Below, piece after piece: positions 40,822 through 50,788 of a stretch of 64,000 nt of DNA; the stretch's first letter is position 1, and the number at the start of each line of letters is the position of its first letter. The notes below the pieces were generated by a model. It saw only the letters and a list, made by a program, of their open reading frames with translations, ran no database searches and was not told where the DNA came from. The position numbers and the translations under genes are program-made. Origin of the DNA: Candidatus Bathyarchaeota archaeon (GTDB lineage: Archaea > Thermoproteota > Bathyarchaeia > Bathyarchaeales > Bathycorpusculaceae); the NCBI GenBank assembly GCA_963702095.1, contig OY969706.1, forward strand, positions 544,001 through 608,000, read 5' to 3'.

Positions 40822-42252
40822 CTATCTCATTTTTCTGTCGACCAATCTGCCCACTGAATCGATTAGCCGCACATCCAGCGGCATACTACCCACCGCATGC
40901 GTGGCACAGCTCAGGCACGGGTCAAACGCGCGGATAACCGCTTCAACACGGTTAAGCATGCCCTCCTGCAACTCACGGGCTTTAACGTATTTTTTGGCTA
41001 CCTGCGTCACCGCCATGTTGTAGGCGATGTTGTTGTTTTCGGTGGCGATTATCATGTTGTTCCACTTTATCATGCCCTGCTCGTCGACTTTGTAGTGGTG
41101 GATCAACGTGCCTCTTGGTGCCTCTGCAACTCCAACGCCTTCATAATTGTTGATTAAGGCTTTGGAGCTGACGTGTTCGGATTGGATTTCGGGGTCTGAG
41201 AGGAGTTTCTTAGCGGTTTCTATGCAGAAGAGGGTTTCGATTAGGCGTGCATAGTGGTATTGGAAAGTGCTCTGCACGACGCCGTTTTTGCCCAACTTCT
41301 TGAACTGCTTAAGCTCCTCGTCAGCAAGCGGTGTACCGCAGTGGGAAACCACATTGAGCCTTGCAAGTGGTCCGACACGGTAGGCGCCGCCGGGATAACC
41401 GATTGTTTTGAAGTATGGGAACTTCATGTAGGACCATGGCTCCACGGCTTCACCAATGAAGTCACCGTATTTTTTGGGGTCTACGCATTCGGCGGCGACG
41501 TTGCCGTTGGGGTCTACTATGCGGATTCTGCCGTCATAGTGTTCCAAGCCGCCGTCATCGGATACTAAGCCCATGTAGTAACTGGGGAAGTTGCCGAAGT
41601 TCTCCACTTCCTCCTGTAAGCCATCGAGCATTTGCTTGTACATTTCCAGCGTCTTCTGCGTAGCATCCAAGGCTTCGGGGAGGAAGTTGCGAAGGTAGTC
41701 GGCGCGTTCCTGTGTGAGAGGCCATTTTGCTCCGCCCGGCTGCACCCATTCGCTGGAGTGGATTTTTTTGCCGGCGACTTTTTCGATGATTTCTTGCCCG
41801 AACTTGCGGAGGCGTATGCCGCGCATGGCTAATTCGGGTTCACGTTCGATTAAGCCGAAGATGTTGCGTTGCGCTGGGTTCGAGTCAAACCCCAAAAGCA
41901 AGTCAGGCGAGGATAAATGGAAAAAGTTGAGTGCGTGAGACTGGATTATCTGTCCCATAAGCATGAGGCGCCGGAGTTTGATGGCGGGGGGTGGGGGTGT
42001 GACTCCTACGATTTGGTCGCAGGCTTTAGCGCTTGCAATCAGGTGGGCAACTGGGCAGATGCCGCAGATGCGGCTGGTAATCGAGGGCAACTCGTAGAAG
42101 GGTCTGCCCTCCGTGAACTTTTCAAACCCTCGGAAATCAACCACTTTGAAAAGCGCTTCTTTGACAGTGTCATCTTCGTTGAGCACTATAGTTACTTGGG
42201 CATGTCCCTCAATGCGTGTGACGGGGGAGATATGGAGTTTTTTTTCAGCCAT
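40822..42252 (-). CDS. hoxH: [NiFe] hydrogenase large subunit, group 3d-like
   Basis: PVTRIEGH, RICGIC, DPCLSCATH plus C-terminal extension; in an operon with diaphorase subunits. Confidence 0.9.
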   Translation of the reverse strand: MAEKKLHISPVTRIEGHAQVTIVLNEDDTVKEALFKVVDFRGFEKFTEGRPFYELPSITSRICGICPVAHLIASAKACDQIVGVTPPPPAIKLRRLMLMGQIIQSHALNFFHLSSPDLLLGFDSNPAQRNIFGLIEREPELAMRGIRLRKFGQEIIEKVAGKKIHSSEWVQPGGAKWPLTQERADYLRNFLPEALDATQKTLEMYKQMLDGLQEEVENFGNFPSYYMGLVSDDGGLEHYDGRIRIVDPNGNVAAECVDPKKYGDFIGEAVEPWSYMKFPYFKTIGYPGGAYRVGPLARLNVVSHCGTPLADEELKQFKKLGKNGVVQSTFQYHYARLIETLFCIETAKKLLSDPEIQSEHVSSKALINNYEGVGVAEAPRGTLIHHYKVDEQGMIKWNNMIIATENNNIAYNMAVTQVAKKYVKARELQEGMLNRVEAVIRAFDPCLSCATHAVGSMPLDVRLIDSVGRLVDRKMR

Positions 42253-42787
42253 ACTTTGAATGTTCCTCCATAACAGGTGTTCGCCCAGCCAACAATTCAG
42301 TTAAAACATAGTTGATCAGGTCAGCGCTGGGTGGGCAACCGGGAATGTAGTGGTCGACTTTGACGATTTCGTGGAGTGGACGAGCGTGAATCAGCAGCTT
42401 AGGCACCAACGTGGGGATTTGGGCGTTAAGGTTCGAGGGGTCCTCATAGGCGCGTTGGAGAATTGCTTGGTCACTGTGCACCCAGCCATTGCGCAACGCC
42501 GTTACGTTGCCTGTTACAGCGCAGTCGCCCAAAGACACCAACAAGGTCGTGCGGGAACGGACTTTGCGCAGCATCGCCTCTTGTTCCTCGTTGGCAACGG
42601 CGCCCTCAACTAAGGTGACAGCGACGTTTTCAGGGAACTCTTTGACGTCAGCAAGGGGACTATACACAAGTGTTATCTGCTTTGCCAAATCAACAAGCCG
42701 CTCGTCTTGATCAAGAAAAGACATGTGGCAACCCGAGCAGCCGCTTAACCAAACCGTTGCAAACCGCACTTTCTGGTTTTGGCTCAT
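42245..42787 (-). CDS. hoxY: [NiFe] hydrogenase small subunit
   Basis: WLSGCSGCHMSFLD, GDCAVTGNV, IPGCPP; 180 aa. Confidence 0.9.
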   Translation of the reverse strand: MSQNQKVRFATVWLSGCSGCHMSFLDQDERLVDLAKQITLVYSPLADVKEFPENVAVTLVEGAVANEEQEAMLRKVRSRTTLLVSLGDCAVTGNVTALRNGWVHSDQAILQRAYEDPSNLNAQIPTLVPKLLIHARPLHEIVKVDHYIPGCPPSADLINYVLTELLAGRTPVMEEHSKYG

Positions 42788-43491
42788 CTGCGGCTCCTCC
42801 TATTCGACAGGAACTCGGCCACATCTGGGTCTTTAGTGTGCTCAATGTTTTCGCCTTCGATGTAGATGGCGCCGACTGGGCAAACTTTGGCACATTTGCG
42901 GCATGACGTGCAGGAGGAGGCGTTGCCCCAGTTCTCGTCTAAGTCCATGATGACTTCTGTGTTTTTGCCTCTGAGTTTGAGGTCAAGGGTGTGAGCGCCC
43001 TCTATTTGGTCGCAAACGCGGACGCATCGTGTGCAGAGTATGCAGCGGTTTCTGTCTATGACCAAGAAATCGTGGGTGGAGTCGATTCCGTTGCAGCTCC
43101 AGTTGCGTTCGTAGAGGACGTGGTCGACGCCATGTTGGTTTGCTAATGCTTGTAGTTCACAGTGGTTGTCGGCGACGCATACCGAGCAAATGTGGGTGCG
43201 TTCGGCGAGGAGGGTTTGGATTGCCATTTTGCGGTATTCATAGAGTTTGGGCGAGTTGGTGGTTACGTTCATGCCTGACGCTGCTGGGGTGATGCAGGCG
43301 GGGAAAAGCTTGGTTGTGCCGCTGATTTCAACGAGACATAAACGGCAGCCGCCATAGGGAGTTAAGCCTTCAAGATTGCAGAGTGTGGGGATTTCTACAC
43401 CGCTGGCTTTGGCTGCTTCTAAGATGGTGGCGCCTTCTTTGCACTCGATGTCTGCGCCGTTGATTTTGAGTTTAACTGTGCCTGCGCTCAT
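42784..43491 (-). CDS. hoxU: Diaphorase Fe-S subunit (NuoG N-terminal-like)
   Basis: IPTLC, GCRLC, HICSVC, CILCTRC, CTSCRKCAKVCP. Confidence 0.9.
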   Translation of the reverse strand: MSAGTVKLKINGADIECKEGATILEAAKASGVEIPTLCNLEGLTPYGGCRLCLVEISGTTKLFPACITPAASGMNVTTNSPKLYEYRKMAIQTLLAERTHICSVCVADNHCELQALANQHGVDHVLYERNWSCNGIDSTHDFLVIDRNRCILCTRCVRVCDQIEGAHTLDLKLRGKNTEVIMDLDENWGNASSCTSCRKCAKVCPVGAIYIEGENIEHTKDPDVAEFLSNRRSRR

Positions 43492-45140
43492 TTTGCTTCA
43501 TCCTCGTCGCGTGTTTTAAAACAGACCCCTGCCTCGCACTCTTTGTCAACGATGTGGCGCATGTATTCATCTTTGAAGTAACGCAGCGTCGTAAGCACGG
43601 GGTTGGGTGCGGTTTGCCCAAGTCCGCAGAGGCTGGCATCGCGAATATAGGCGCTGGATCTCTCAAGTGTACTTATGTCGCCGATTTCGCCTTGGCCATG
43701 CACTATTTTCTCGTAGATCTCAAGCATACGGGGTAAACCAGCGCGGCAGGGGGTGCATTTGCCGCAGGATTCATCTACACAGAACTCGGTGAAGTAACGT
43801 GCAGTATCAACCATGCATGAGTCTTCGTCAAGCACCACTATGCCGCCTGAACCCATAATAGCGCCTACCTTGGTCAGGGAATCGTAGTCTATGGGGATTT
43901 CCAGAAGCGCCTCAGGTAAGCAGCCGCCTGAGGGTCCGCCGATTAGGACGGCTTTGAATTTTTTGCCGTTTGGAATCCCGCCGCCTATGTCAAAGACGAC
44001 TTCCCGCAGCGTTATGCCCATGGGCACTTCGATTAAGCCGGGGTTGTTGATTTTGCCTGTTAGCGAGAAGCATTTGGTGCCGGTGCATTTGGGGGTGCCT
44101 GTTCTGGCGAACCAAGCCGCGCTGTTCTGGATGATTAACGGTATGTTGGCGAGGGTTTCCACGTTCTGGATTAACGTGGGTTTCTGCCAAAGCCCCGAGT
44201 TAGCGGGGTACGGTGGGCGGGGACGCGGCATAGCTCTGCAGCCTTCAACCGAAGCTAAAATCGCCGTTTCTTCACCCGCAACAAACGCGCCTGCTCCATA
44301 ACGCAGCTTCAAATCAAATTTGAAAGGCGTCTCCAAGATGTTACTGCCCAAAAGGGTCAATGCTTTGGCTTGGGCGATGGCTTTCTGCAGCGTTTGGATT
44401 GCAAGGGGATACTCGCTTCGTATGTAGATGTAGCCTTTTTCGGCGCTGATTGCGTAGGCGGCTATGAGCATGCCTTCGATGATGGCGTGTGGATCGGCTT
44501 CTGCTGTGGAGCGGTTGGCGTAGACTCCGGGGTCGCCTTCGTCGAGGTTCGCTACAATGTACTTGGGGGTGTTGTTGGCTCTGGCTACTAGCCGCCATTT
44601 CTGCCCTGTGGGGAACCCTGCGCCGCCTCTGCCCCTTAGTCCGCTGGCTAAAATCTCGTTTATGATTCCCTGCGGCGTCATGCTTGAGAGGCACTTGATC
44701 AATGCGGCGTAGCCGCCCATGGCGATGTAGTCTTGGATGCGTGAAGGATCGATTTTGCCTGCGTTGCGGAGTACGAGGCGATGCTGTTTTTTGAAGAAGC
44801 CGCCACTTTCGTAGAGCATTTCTTTTACGGGTAAACCCAAAACCACGTGGTCCCGCACGATTTCTCTTGCTTTTTCGGGCGCTATATTCTGGTAAACATA
44901 GTCGCCGGGTTCAATGAGCACTGTTGGGCCCGCTGAACATGCGCCCATGCAGCCTGTCCGCGCCACTTTGCATTCCTTCTCAACCCCTAACTCTTTCACT
45001 GCGTTTTCGAAAGCCTTCAGCAGTTTAACCGAACCCAACGAAGCACAACTGCTGGAGCAGCAGATGTTGATGCGGTAAGTGTAGGCGCGTTCGAACTCCA
45101 GTTCCTGCTCGACTATCTTGTGCAGGTCAGACAGTTTCAG
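43488..45140 (-). CDS. hoxF: Diaphorase flavoprotein subunit (NuoF-like); probable CTG start
   Basis: GRGGAGFPTG, DEGDPG, GEET, ESCGKCTPCR. Frame is open to CTG 45140 with GGAGGAG 6 nt upstream. Confidence 0.9.
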   Translation of the reverse strand: MKLSDLHKIVEQELEFERAYTYRINICCSSSCASLGSVKLLKAFENAVKELGVEKECKVARTGCMGACSAGPTVLIEPGDYVYQNIAPEKAREIVRDHVVLGLPVKEMLYESGGFFKKQHRLVLRNAGKIDPSRIQDYIAMGGYAALIKCLSSMTPQGIINEILASGLRGRGGAGFPTGQKWRLVARANNTPKYIVANLDEGDPGVYANRSTAEADPHAIIEGMLIAAYAISAEKGYIYIRSEYPLAIQTLQKAIAQAKALTLLGSNILETPFKFDLKLRYGAGAFVAGEETAILASVEGCRAMPRPRPPYPANSGLWQKPTLIQNVETLANIPLIIQNSAAWFARTGTPKCTGTKCFSLTGKINNPGLIEVPMGITLREVVFDIGGGIPNGKKFKAVLIGGPSGGCLPEALLEIPIDYDSLTKVGAIMGSGGIVVLDEDSCMVDTARYFTEFCVDESCGKCTPCRAGLPRMLEIYEKIVHGQGEIGDISTLERSSAYIRDASLCGLGQTAPNPVLTTLRYFKDEYMRHIVDKECEAGVCFKTRDEDEAK

Positions 45141-45621
45141 CTTTAACTCCTCCCTCGAGCGCTTCTCTTATTTTTTGGATTACAACTTCTTTGGTTGCTT
45201 TGCCGATGACTACGTCGTCGACGCTGATGTTTGGAGCCATGGCGCAGGCACCGATGCAGCGGGTTTGAAACAGTGACAACTTGCCGTCAGCGGTTGAGCC
45301 GCCCCGTTTTAGGTGGAATTCCTCTTCGATTGCCGCCATGATTTGTTCGACGCCCTTGACGTAGCATGCGGTTCCTAAGCAACCTGTCACGATGTGTTCG
45401 CCGGGTTTTCGGAGTTTAAAGTAACTGTAGAAGGTGACGACGCCAAACACGGTGCTGGACGGAACGTTGAGCGTCACTGCAAGTTCAGTGAGCAAATCCT
45501 TGTCGAGGTACCCGTAGATTTCTTGGGCACGGTGCAGTATTTCAAGCAAAGCGCTTCCCTGATAACCATACTCTTTTAGCACCTTCTCGAGATTGACGCG
45601 TCGTTTATCGTCTTTAATCAA
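45127..45621 (-). CDS. hoxE: NuoE-like [2Fe-2S] subunit
   Basis: TFYSYF, CLGTACYVKG, RCIGACAMAP. Confidence 0.9.
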   Translation of the reverse strand: MIKDDKRRVNLEKVLKEYGYQGSALLEILHRAQEIYGYLDKDLLTELAVTLNVPSSTVFGVVTFYSYFKLRKPGEHIVTGCLGTACYVKGVEQIMAAIEEEFHLKRGGSTADGKLSLFQTRCIGACAMAPNISVDDVVIGKATKEVVIQKIREALEGGVKAETV

Positions 45622-46034
45622 AAGGCGTATTCCTCCGTCCGTGTCGCTACGGGCACAGTATAGGGTTACAGAAGTCCGAGCTATAAAAGCGTAGAGGCAG
45701 TTAAGTTGTGGCGGTGTTTGTTGTTTGGAAATTGTTCTCTCTCTTTGTCTGGGTGTGGTTGGTTTGCGAATTTTGTTGTTTCTCTTTAAACTGCTTAATT
45801 TATTGCTTTGGTTTTGAAATTTTGGTTAGGGTTTTAGGGGATCTTTGATTGTTAGGTTGGTGCTTTTGTAGGTTATTTTTTTGGTGTTTTAGGAGTGTTT
45901 TGTCGTGGGTGTAAAATCCACTTTAACGATTATTTCCTCAGCATTACTCCATATTCATCCCACTCCAACAAGGGAAAAGCTGGATTTAAAACATGCCAGA
46001 GAAAGCGGTTTATCTCAAAAATAAAAAGAAAAGT

Positions 46035-48875
46035 TTAGGCTGAGGTGGATTCGCGGGTTTCTCGTACCAGCGGTTTAGCCTCTATGATGGGGAGCCCTTC
46101 GGATTTGGCTGCCTGTGGCTTCTCCTCTTTTTTGTCCATTGGCGGCTCAGGTAGGTTTGGGCGGGTGCAGCGGAAGTCGATGTCTTCGCCTTTGAGGTCT
46201 AAGTTGCCTTTGACTGTGCCGTCGCTTAAGTATTCGATGTTAAAGCCCATCTTCTTGGTTAAACTCAAGGCGCGATAGTTGTCCTGCAACATGATTGCGT
46301 AAACGCTCTCCACGCCTTTTTCTTTGGCGATGTCTAAGGTGTAGTCAACCAGTTTGGTGCCTAAGCCCAGTCCCTGCCAGTAGTCCGAGACGATGAACGC
46401 CATTTCGCCGTGTTTGCCATCAGATTCGATGCTAAGGCGGCTGACGCCTAAGATTTTGCGTTTGCCATTTTCAACCATCTCTGCGACCATGGCGACTTCT
46501 CGGTCGTAGTCAACGTTGCAGTAGCGGACGCGGACTTCGTGGGGTGTGTCTTTTAGCATTTGGAAGAAGCGGTAGCGTATGGTTTCTTCGCTTAGGCTCT
46601 GGAACCACTCCAGCCACATGGGTTCATCTTCCGGTTTAATGGGGCGCAATAGGACTTCTTGGCCGTTTTTGAGCAGCCAGAGAATCTCGTATTTCTTGGG
46701 GTAGGGGCTGATAACCATGTGTTCGTGTGGCACAAACTTCTTGCAAACTTTGTCTTTGTCGACGACTATGCGGGCGTCGAGGATGGTTGCGTCTTTTTCA
46801 CTGATTAGCAGGGGGTTGATGTCGATTTCTTTGATCTGAGGGAAATCAGTGAGTAGTTGGCTGAATAAGAGGACAGTTTCGTCGAGGCGTTTTAAGTCGA
46901 CTGGGGTGGAGCCGCGGTAGCCTTTGAGGAGGCGGTAAACTTTGGTTTCCTCCATCATGCGGTGGATGAGAGTAGTGTTTAGGGGTGGAAGCCCGATTGA
47001 AACGTCTTTGAAGAGTTCCACGCCGACGCCGCCCATGCCGAAGAGGATAATTGGGCCGAAAACGGGGTCGGTTTTTCCTCCCAAGATGACTTCGTGGCCT
47101 TTCTTTTCAACCATGGGCTGCACGGTTACACCGATGATTTGGGCGCTGGGGTTGTAGGCGTTGGCTCGCTGGATAAGCAGGTCGAAGGCTTCTCGGACTT
47201 CGCGGGGTGAGTTTACGTTGAGGATTACTCCGCCTGCGTCGCTTTTATGGACGATTTGGGGCGAGAGGATTTTGAGTACAACTGGGAAACCCATCTCGGT
47301 TGCCAATGCAACGGCTTCGTCAACGTTGTTGGCGGCTGCAGTGCGTACAATGGGGAAATTGTAGTATTTGAGTATTTTTTTAGCTTCGTCCTCTGTTAGG
47401 ATTTCTCGGTCTTCAAACGCTGCATTGCGTAAAATCGCGAGGATGGGGCGTCTGGGCGGTGAAGAATCAACTGGGAGTTCCTCGGGGGTTTCGTAGAGGA
47501 GGTCGATGTTGCGTTGGTAATTGTACATGTACATGTATGTTTTGATTGCCTGTTCAGGGGTGCTGTAGGTGGGGATGTTGTTGGCGTTTAAGATGTTGTT
47601 TGCTTCCTGTACAGCGCCGTATCCCATAAACGAGGTGAGTATGGTTTTGTTCTGGTAGGGTTTGTTGCGCACTAACTCTACGATGTTTTTGGCGATTTCA
47701 ACCGATTCAGAAACAGCCTGCTGAGTGAAAATAATGAGGATACCATCAACGTTGTCATCGTTTAAGGCAGCATCTAATGCGGCTTTATACCGGTCTGCTT
47801 TGGCATCACCTAACACGTCGATGGGGTTGCCGTGGCTCCAGAAAGGCGGCAGCACCAAATTGAGGCTGTCGATAGTTTTTTGGCTGACCTTAGCGATTTT
47901 TCCGCCGAATCCAATCAGCGAATCCGTTGCCATGACTCCTGGCCCGCCTGCGTTGGTTATTATGGCGACATTATCGCCTTTGGGCAGAGGTTGCGTTCCC
48001 AAAACTTCGGCTGCATTGAATAGGTCGGCGATTTCACTGACTCGGACAATGCCTGCACGTTTGAAAGCGGCATCGTAGACTCCGTCTTCGCCTGACAGTG
48101 AACCTGTGTGGGAAGCGGCGGCTTTGGCACTTTCTGAAAATTTGCCTGATTTAACCACTATGATGGGTTTGGTTCTTGCAAAGTGTCTTGCCGCGGACAT
48201 GAATTTTCGGGCTTCAGTTATGCCCTCTACATACATGAGTATACTCTTTGTTTTTGGGTCGCCGCCGAAATAATCGATTAAATCGCCGAAGTCCACGTCA
48301 ATCATGGAGCCGACGGAGACGAAGTTGCTGAAACCGATGTTTTCATGGATAGCCCAATCCAAAATTGCGGAGCCCAACGCGCCGCTTTGTGAGAGAAAAG
48401 CTACGTTGCCTGCTTTGGGCATTTTGTCGAGGAAGGTTGCGTTGAGGTTTATTCTGGGGCGGATGATGCCGATGCAGTTGGGGCCGATGACTCGGATGTC
48501 GTATCGTTTGGCTACTTCGCCGACTTTGTCCTCGAGGGCTTTTCCCGCGGGACCTATTTCTTTGAAGCCGGCGGAGACGATGATTACGCCTTTAACGTGT
48601 GCTTTGCCGCATTCGACCATCACGTCTGGGACGGTTTTGGCGGGTGTAGCTATGAGGGCTAAATCCACTGGCTCTGGGATCTGGTCGACTGTCTGGTAGG
48701 TTTTGACGCCTAAGATTTCCGGTTTTTTTATGTTGACAAAGTAAACTTTGCCAGCGTAGCCTGATTGGGTAAAGTTCTTCACGATTGCGAAACCGACTGA
48801 ACCTTCCACGTCGCTGGCTCCGATAATTGCTACATTCTGTGGATTGAAAACTTTGTCAAGGTTGGTGGTAACCAT
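46035..48875 (-). CDS. ADP-forming acyl-CoA synthetase (alpha-beta fusion) with C-terminal GNAT domain
   Basis: CoA-binding domain, GPNCIG, SQSG, SHTG, NAGG, ATP-grasp HKSDAGG, DINPL; GNAT WQGLGLG. Confidence 0.9.
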   Translation of the reverse strand: MVTTNLDKVFNPQNVAIIGASDVEGSVGFAIVKNFTQSGYAGKVYFVNIKKPEILGVKTYQTVDQIPEPVDLALIATPAKTVPDVMVECGKAHVKGVIIVSAGFKEIGPAGKALEDKVGEVAKRYDIRVIGPNCIGIIRPRINLNATFLDKMPKAGNVAFLSQSGALGSAILDWAIHENIGFSNFVSVGSMIDVDFGDLIDYFGGDPKTKSILMYVEGITEARKFMSAARHFARTKPIIVVKSGKFSESAKAAASHTGSLSGEDGVYDAAFKRAGIVRVSEIADLFNAAEVLGTQPLPKGDNVAIITNAGGPGVMATDSLIGFGGKIAKVSQKTIDSLNLVLPPFWSHGNPIDVLGDAKADRYKAALDAALNDDNVDGILIIFTQQAVSESVEIAKNIVELVRNKPYQNKTILTSFMGYGAVQEANNILNANNIPTYSTPEQAIKTYMYMYNYQRNIDLLYETPEELPVDSSPPRRPILAILRNAAFEDREILTEDEAKKILKYYNFPIVRTAAANNVDEAVALATEMGFPVVLKILSPQIVHKSDAGGVILNVNSPREVREAFDLLIQRANAYNPSAQIIGVTVQPMVEKKGHEVILGGKTDPVFGPIILFGMGGVGVELFKDVSIGLPPLNTTLIHRMMEETKVYRLLKGYRGSTPVDLKRLDETVLLFSQLLTDFPQIKEIDINPLLISEKDATILDARIVVDKDKVCKKFVPHEHMVISPYPKKYEILWLLKNGQEVLLRPIKPEDEPMWLEWFQSLSEETIRYRFFQMLKDTPHEVRVRYCNVDYDREVAMVAEMVENGKRKILGVSRLSIESDGKHGEMAFIVSDYWQGLGLGTKLVDYTLDIAKEKGVESVYAIMLQDNYRALSLTKKMGFNIEYLSDGTVKGNLDLKGEDIDFRCTRPNLPEPPMDKKEEKPQAAKSEGLPIIEAKPLVRETRESTSA

Positions 48876-49092
48876 GATGATTTGACCTTCTGTGTTAAGG
48901 GCGTGCAACGGAGCAAATTAAAGCTTATTGTTCAAGAATAAACATTTTCCTAATGCAACCCTGATACTACGGGAAACTATACCGTTTAAAGGTTACATTT
49001 TCGAGGACGGTGGTGCCGCAGAGCGATGTTGGCTGGCCGTTTTAGCGCGTAATGATTTTTTCTGTTGGCTCTTGTTTGAACGCCAGACTTGT

Positions 49093-49285
49093 TTTTTTCT
49101 CTTTATGTGGGTGTGGCGTTTTACGGGATTCCACAAGACTGCAAGTGTGGGCGGCTGCTTTTTTGGGTTGCAACGTTTTTCTATGCCTGTTTCGGTGTGG
49201 GATACTTGTTTTTCTTCACATGTGTTGCATGGTTCCATATAAAGCCGCAACGGTGTGGATGTGAATGCATGTATCATTTGTTTTT
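49093..49285 (-). repeat. Intergenic repeat family A, diverged copy 3
   Basis: Shares TTTTTTCTCTTTATGTGGGTGTGGCGTTTTA exactly, plus colinear blocks CCACAAGAC, TTGCAACG, GTGTGGGATA, TTGCATGG, GCATGTATC. Confidence 0.85.
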
Positions 49286-49399
49286 TAGTGACATGATGGA
49301 ACAGAGTGACAGCGCAATGCAGTCGGGTAATAGCATGGCTCAATCAGCAAGCTTAAGCCATCTCTTACCTCAACCAAGGTGTGTGCTTTATTGTAGATG

Positions 49400-50170
49400 C
49401 TATTTGGCGCTAACTCTTTTTTTTAGGACCTGTGTTTTGCTTTTGTCGATTGCTTGTTGGGATAGTGTTTGGGGATTGCTTTTTGTGACGGCGGCACTGT
49501 TTGCAGTTACCGCTGAAACCCCCGTGGCTGAACCTAGACCCATAGCTGATGATGCGCTACTGGAGGCTCCTGCGGGACTACCTTGCCCCGTCTGCGTCCT
49601 GTACGCTTCCACCAGCGTTGCCTGCTCACCAATGTGGCTTGAACAGACGCTTCTTGCGCCAGTGTTATTGCCGACTTCGGAGGCGCTTAGCACTTTCAGC
49701 GTTAGTGTGACTGTTGCTCTTGTAGTGTTGAGTATTTGGTCAAAGGTTTTCTCTTCAACGTTCATGCTGACGACTCGGACGGCTACCGCTCGCTTTGTGC
49801 CCCACTTGAAAACCACAATGGGCAATAAGGGTTGGTCGCTGACGGCTTGCGGTTGCATCATGGACTCCAGCATGGCTAAGGCGGGGTGTATGCCAAGGGT
49901 GTCGGCGATTTGGTTTTGGTTGGGTGGGTCAAGGTCTAAGCTGTCTAGGTCAAATGTTAAGTTGAATAGTTCAACTGGCGGTCCCGCCACTTCTATGGAG
50001 TTGCCTGATGCAGTTTGTGACGTAGCCGGGGTGTAGGTGTGGAGTAGTTTCTCTGGGTTGTATTGGAATACGAAGTAGGTGTTGGTTGTGGATATGTTGG
50101 CGTTTTGGGCGTTTGGGGCAAGCAGAATCAGGACGCCCCGGTTGAGGCTTGGAGTAGGCACACAGTCCAC
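49400..50170 (-). CDS. Contractile injection system tube-initiator-like protein (Afp7/Pvc7-like)
   Basis: FQYNPEKL, GPPVE, GIHPALAMLE, FKWG, FD..LN..RATVTLTLKVL; follows a tail tube gene. Confidence 0.7.
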   Translation of the reverse strand: MDCVPTPSLNRGVLILLAPNAQNANISTTNTYFVFQYNPEKLLHTYTPATSQTASGNSIEVAGPPVELFNLTFDLDSLDLDPPNQNQIADTLGIHPALAMLESMMQPQAVSDQPLLPIVVFKWGTKRAVAVRVVSMNVEEKTFDQILNTTRATVTLTLKVLSASEVGNNTGARSVCSSHIGEQATLVEAYRTQTGQGSPAGASSSASSAMGLGSATGVSAVTANSAAVTKSNPQTLSQQAIDKSKTQVLKKRVSAK

Positions 50171-50176
50171 CCTTAG

Positions 50177-50674
50177 TTAGGTTTCTTGGGGTTCAGCTAA
50201 ACCTGTGTCTCTTTCCCAACCCTCGTTCTCAATGGTTATACTTTGGATGGCAACTGCGTCTGCGCCTGCATCCAAATCGGGCAGTGCCGTGTACTGCGAC
50301 ACCCAGCAGCGGTAAACTCTGTACGCGATTGCTGGAACCCCTGCCTCGTTGAGCAGCTCGATGATTATGTCTTTGCGGAAGTTTTTAAGAGACATCGAAT
50401 CGGTTTTTTTGTTAAAAACCGAGTTTGCCCAGTTTTCAAATTCTGGGTCGTGGGTTACACCGCGTTCTAATATGATGGAGTCGAAGCGTGTTCTGCCGGG
50501 GGATTTGCGGTCCACGCTTGAGTCGCCGCCTTCACGGTGGGTGATGACGTCGGTTGTGCGGCTAAGCGGACTCATTTTGGAGACGCCGGCAACTACTTTT
50601 CCATCCCAAAAGACTCGGAACTTGAATTTTTTATAAGGGTCCTTTCGACTTGAATTTACTATGAACTGTGGCAT
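50177..50674 (-). CDS. T4 gp19-like tail tube protein (Afp1/Afp5 type)
   Basis: DPYKKFKFRV, HREGGD, KSPGRT, LERG, RKDIIIEL, RCWVS, IENEGW. Confidence 0.9.
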   Translation of the reverse strand: MPQFIVNSSRKDPYKKFKFRVFWDGKVVAGVSKMSPLSRTTDVITHREGGDSSVDRKSPGRTRFDSIILERGVTHDPEFENWANSVFNKKTDSMSLKNFRKDIIIELLNEAGVPAIAYRVYRCWVSQYTALPDLDAGADAVAIQSITIENEGWERDTGLAEPQET

Positions 50675-50788
50675 TTTATCCGACCGCTAACTGTTCTCGC
50701 GGGCTTGCCTTATTACGCTTGTGGTTTTCGCGGTGAATAACTGTTAGAGCCTGTACTCTAAAAAAATTAGGTTGGGGAAGGCGCCGTT

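Noticed and set aside
45625-46030. GT-rich intergenic tract as a repeat or RNA gene
   Set aside because: Low-complexity strand-biased sequence with no periodicity or second copy seen.
48849-48866. TTTGTCAAGGTT half-match to the 28-bp site
   Set aside because: Lies inside the ACD coding sequence (NLDK) and has only one arm; likely chance.
49089-50036. 315-aa + strand ORF
   Set aside because: Antisense shadow of the CIS gene plus repeat A; no recognisable motif.
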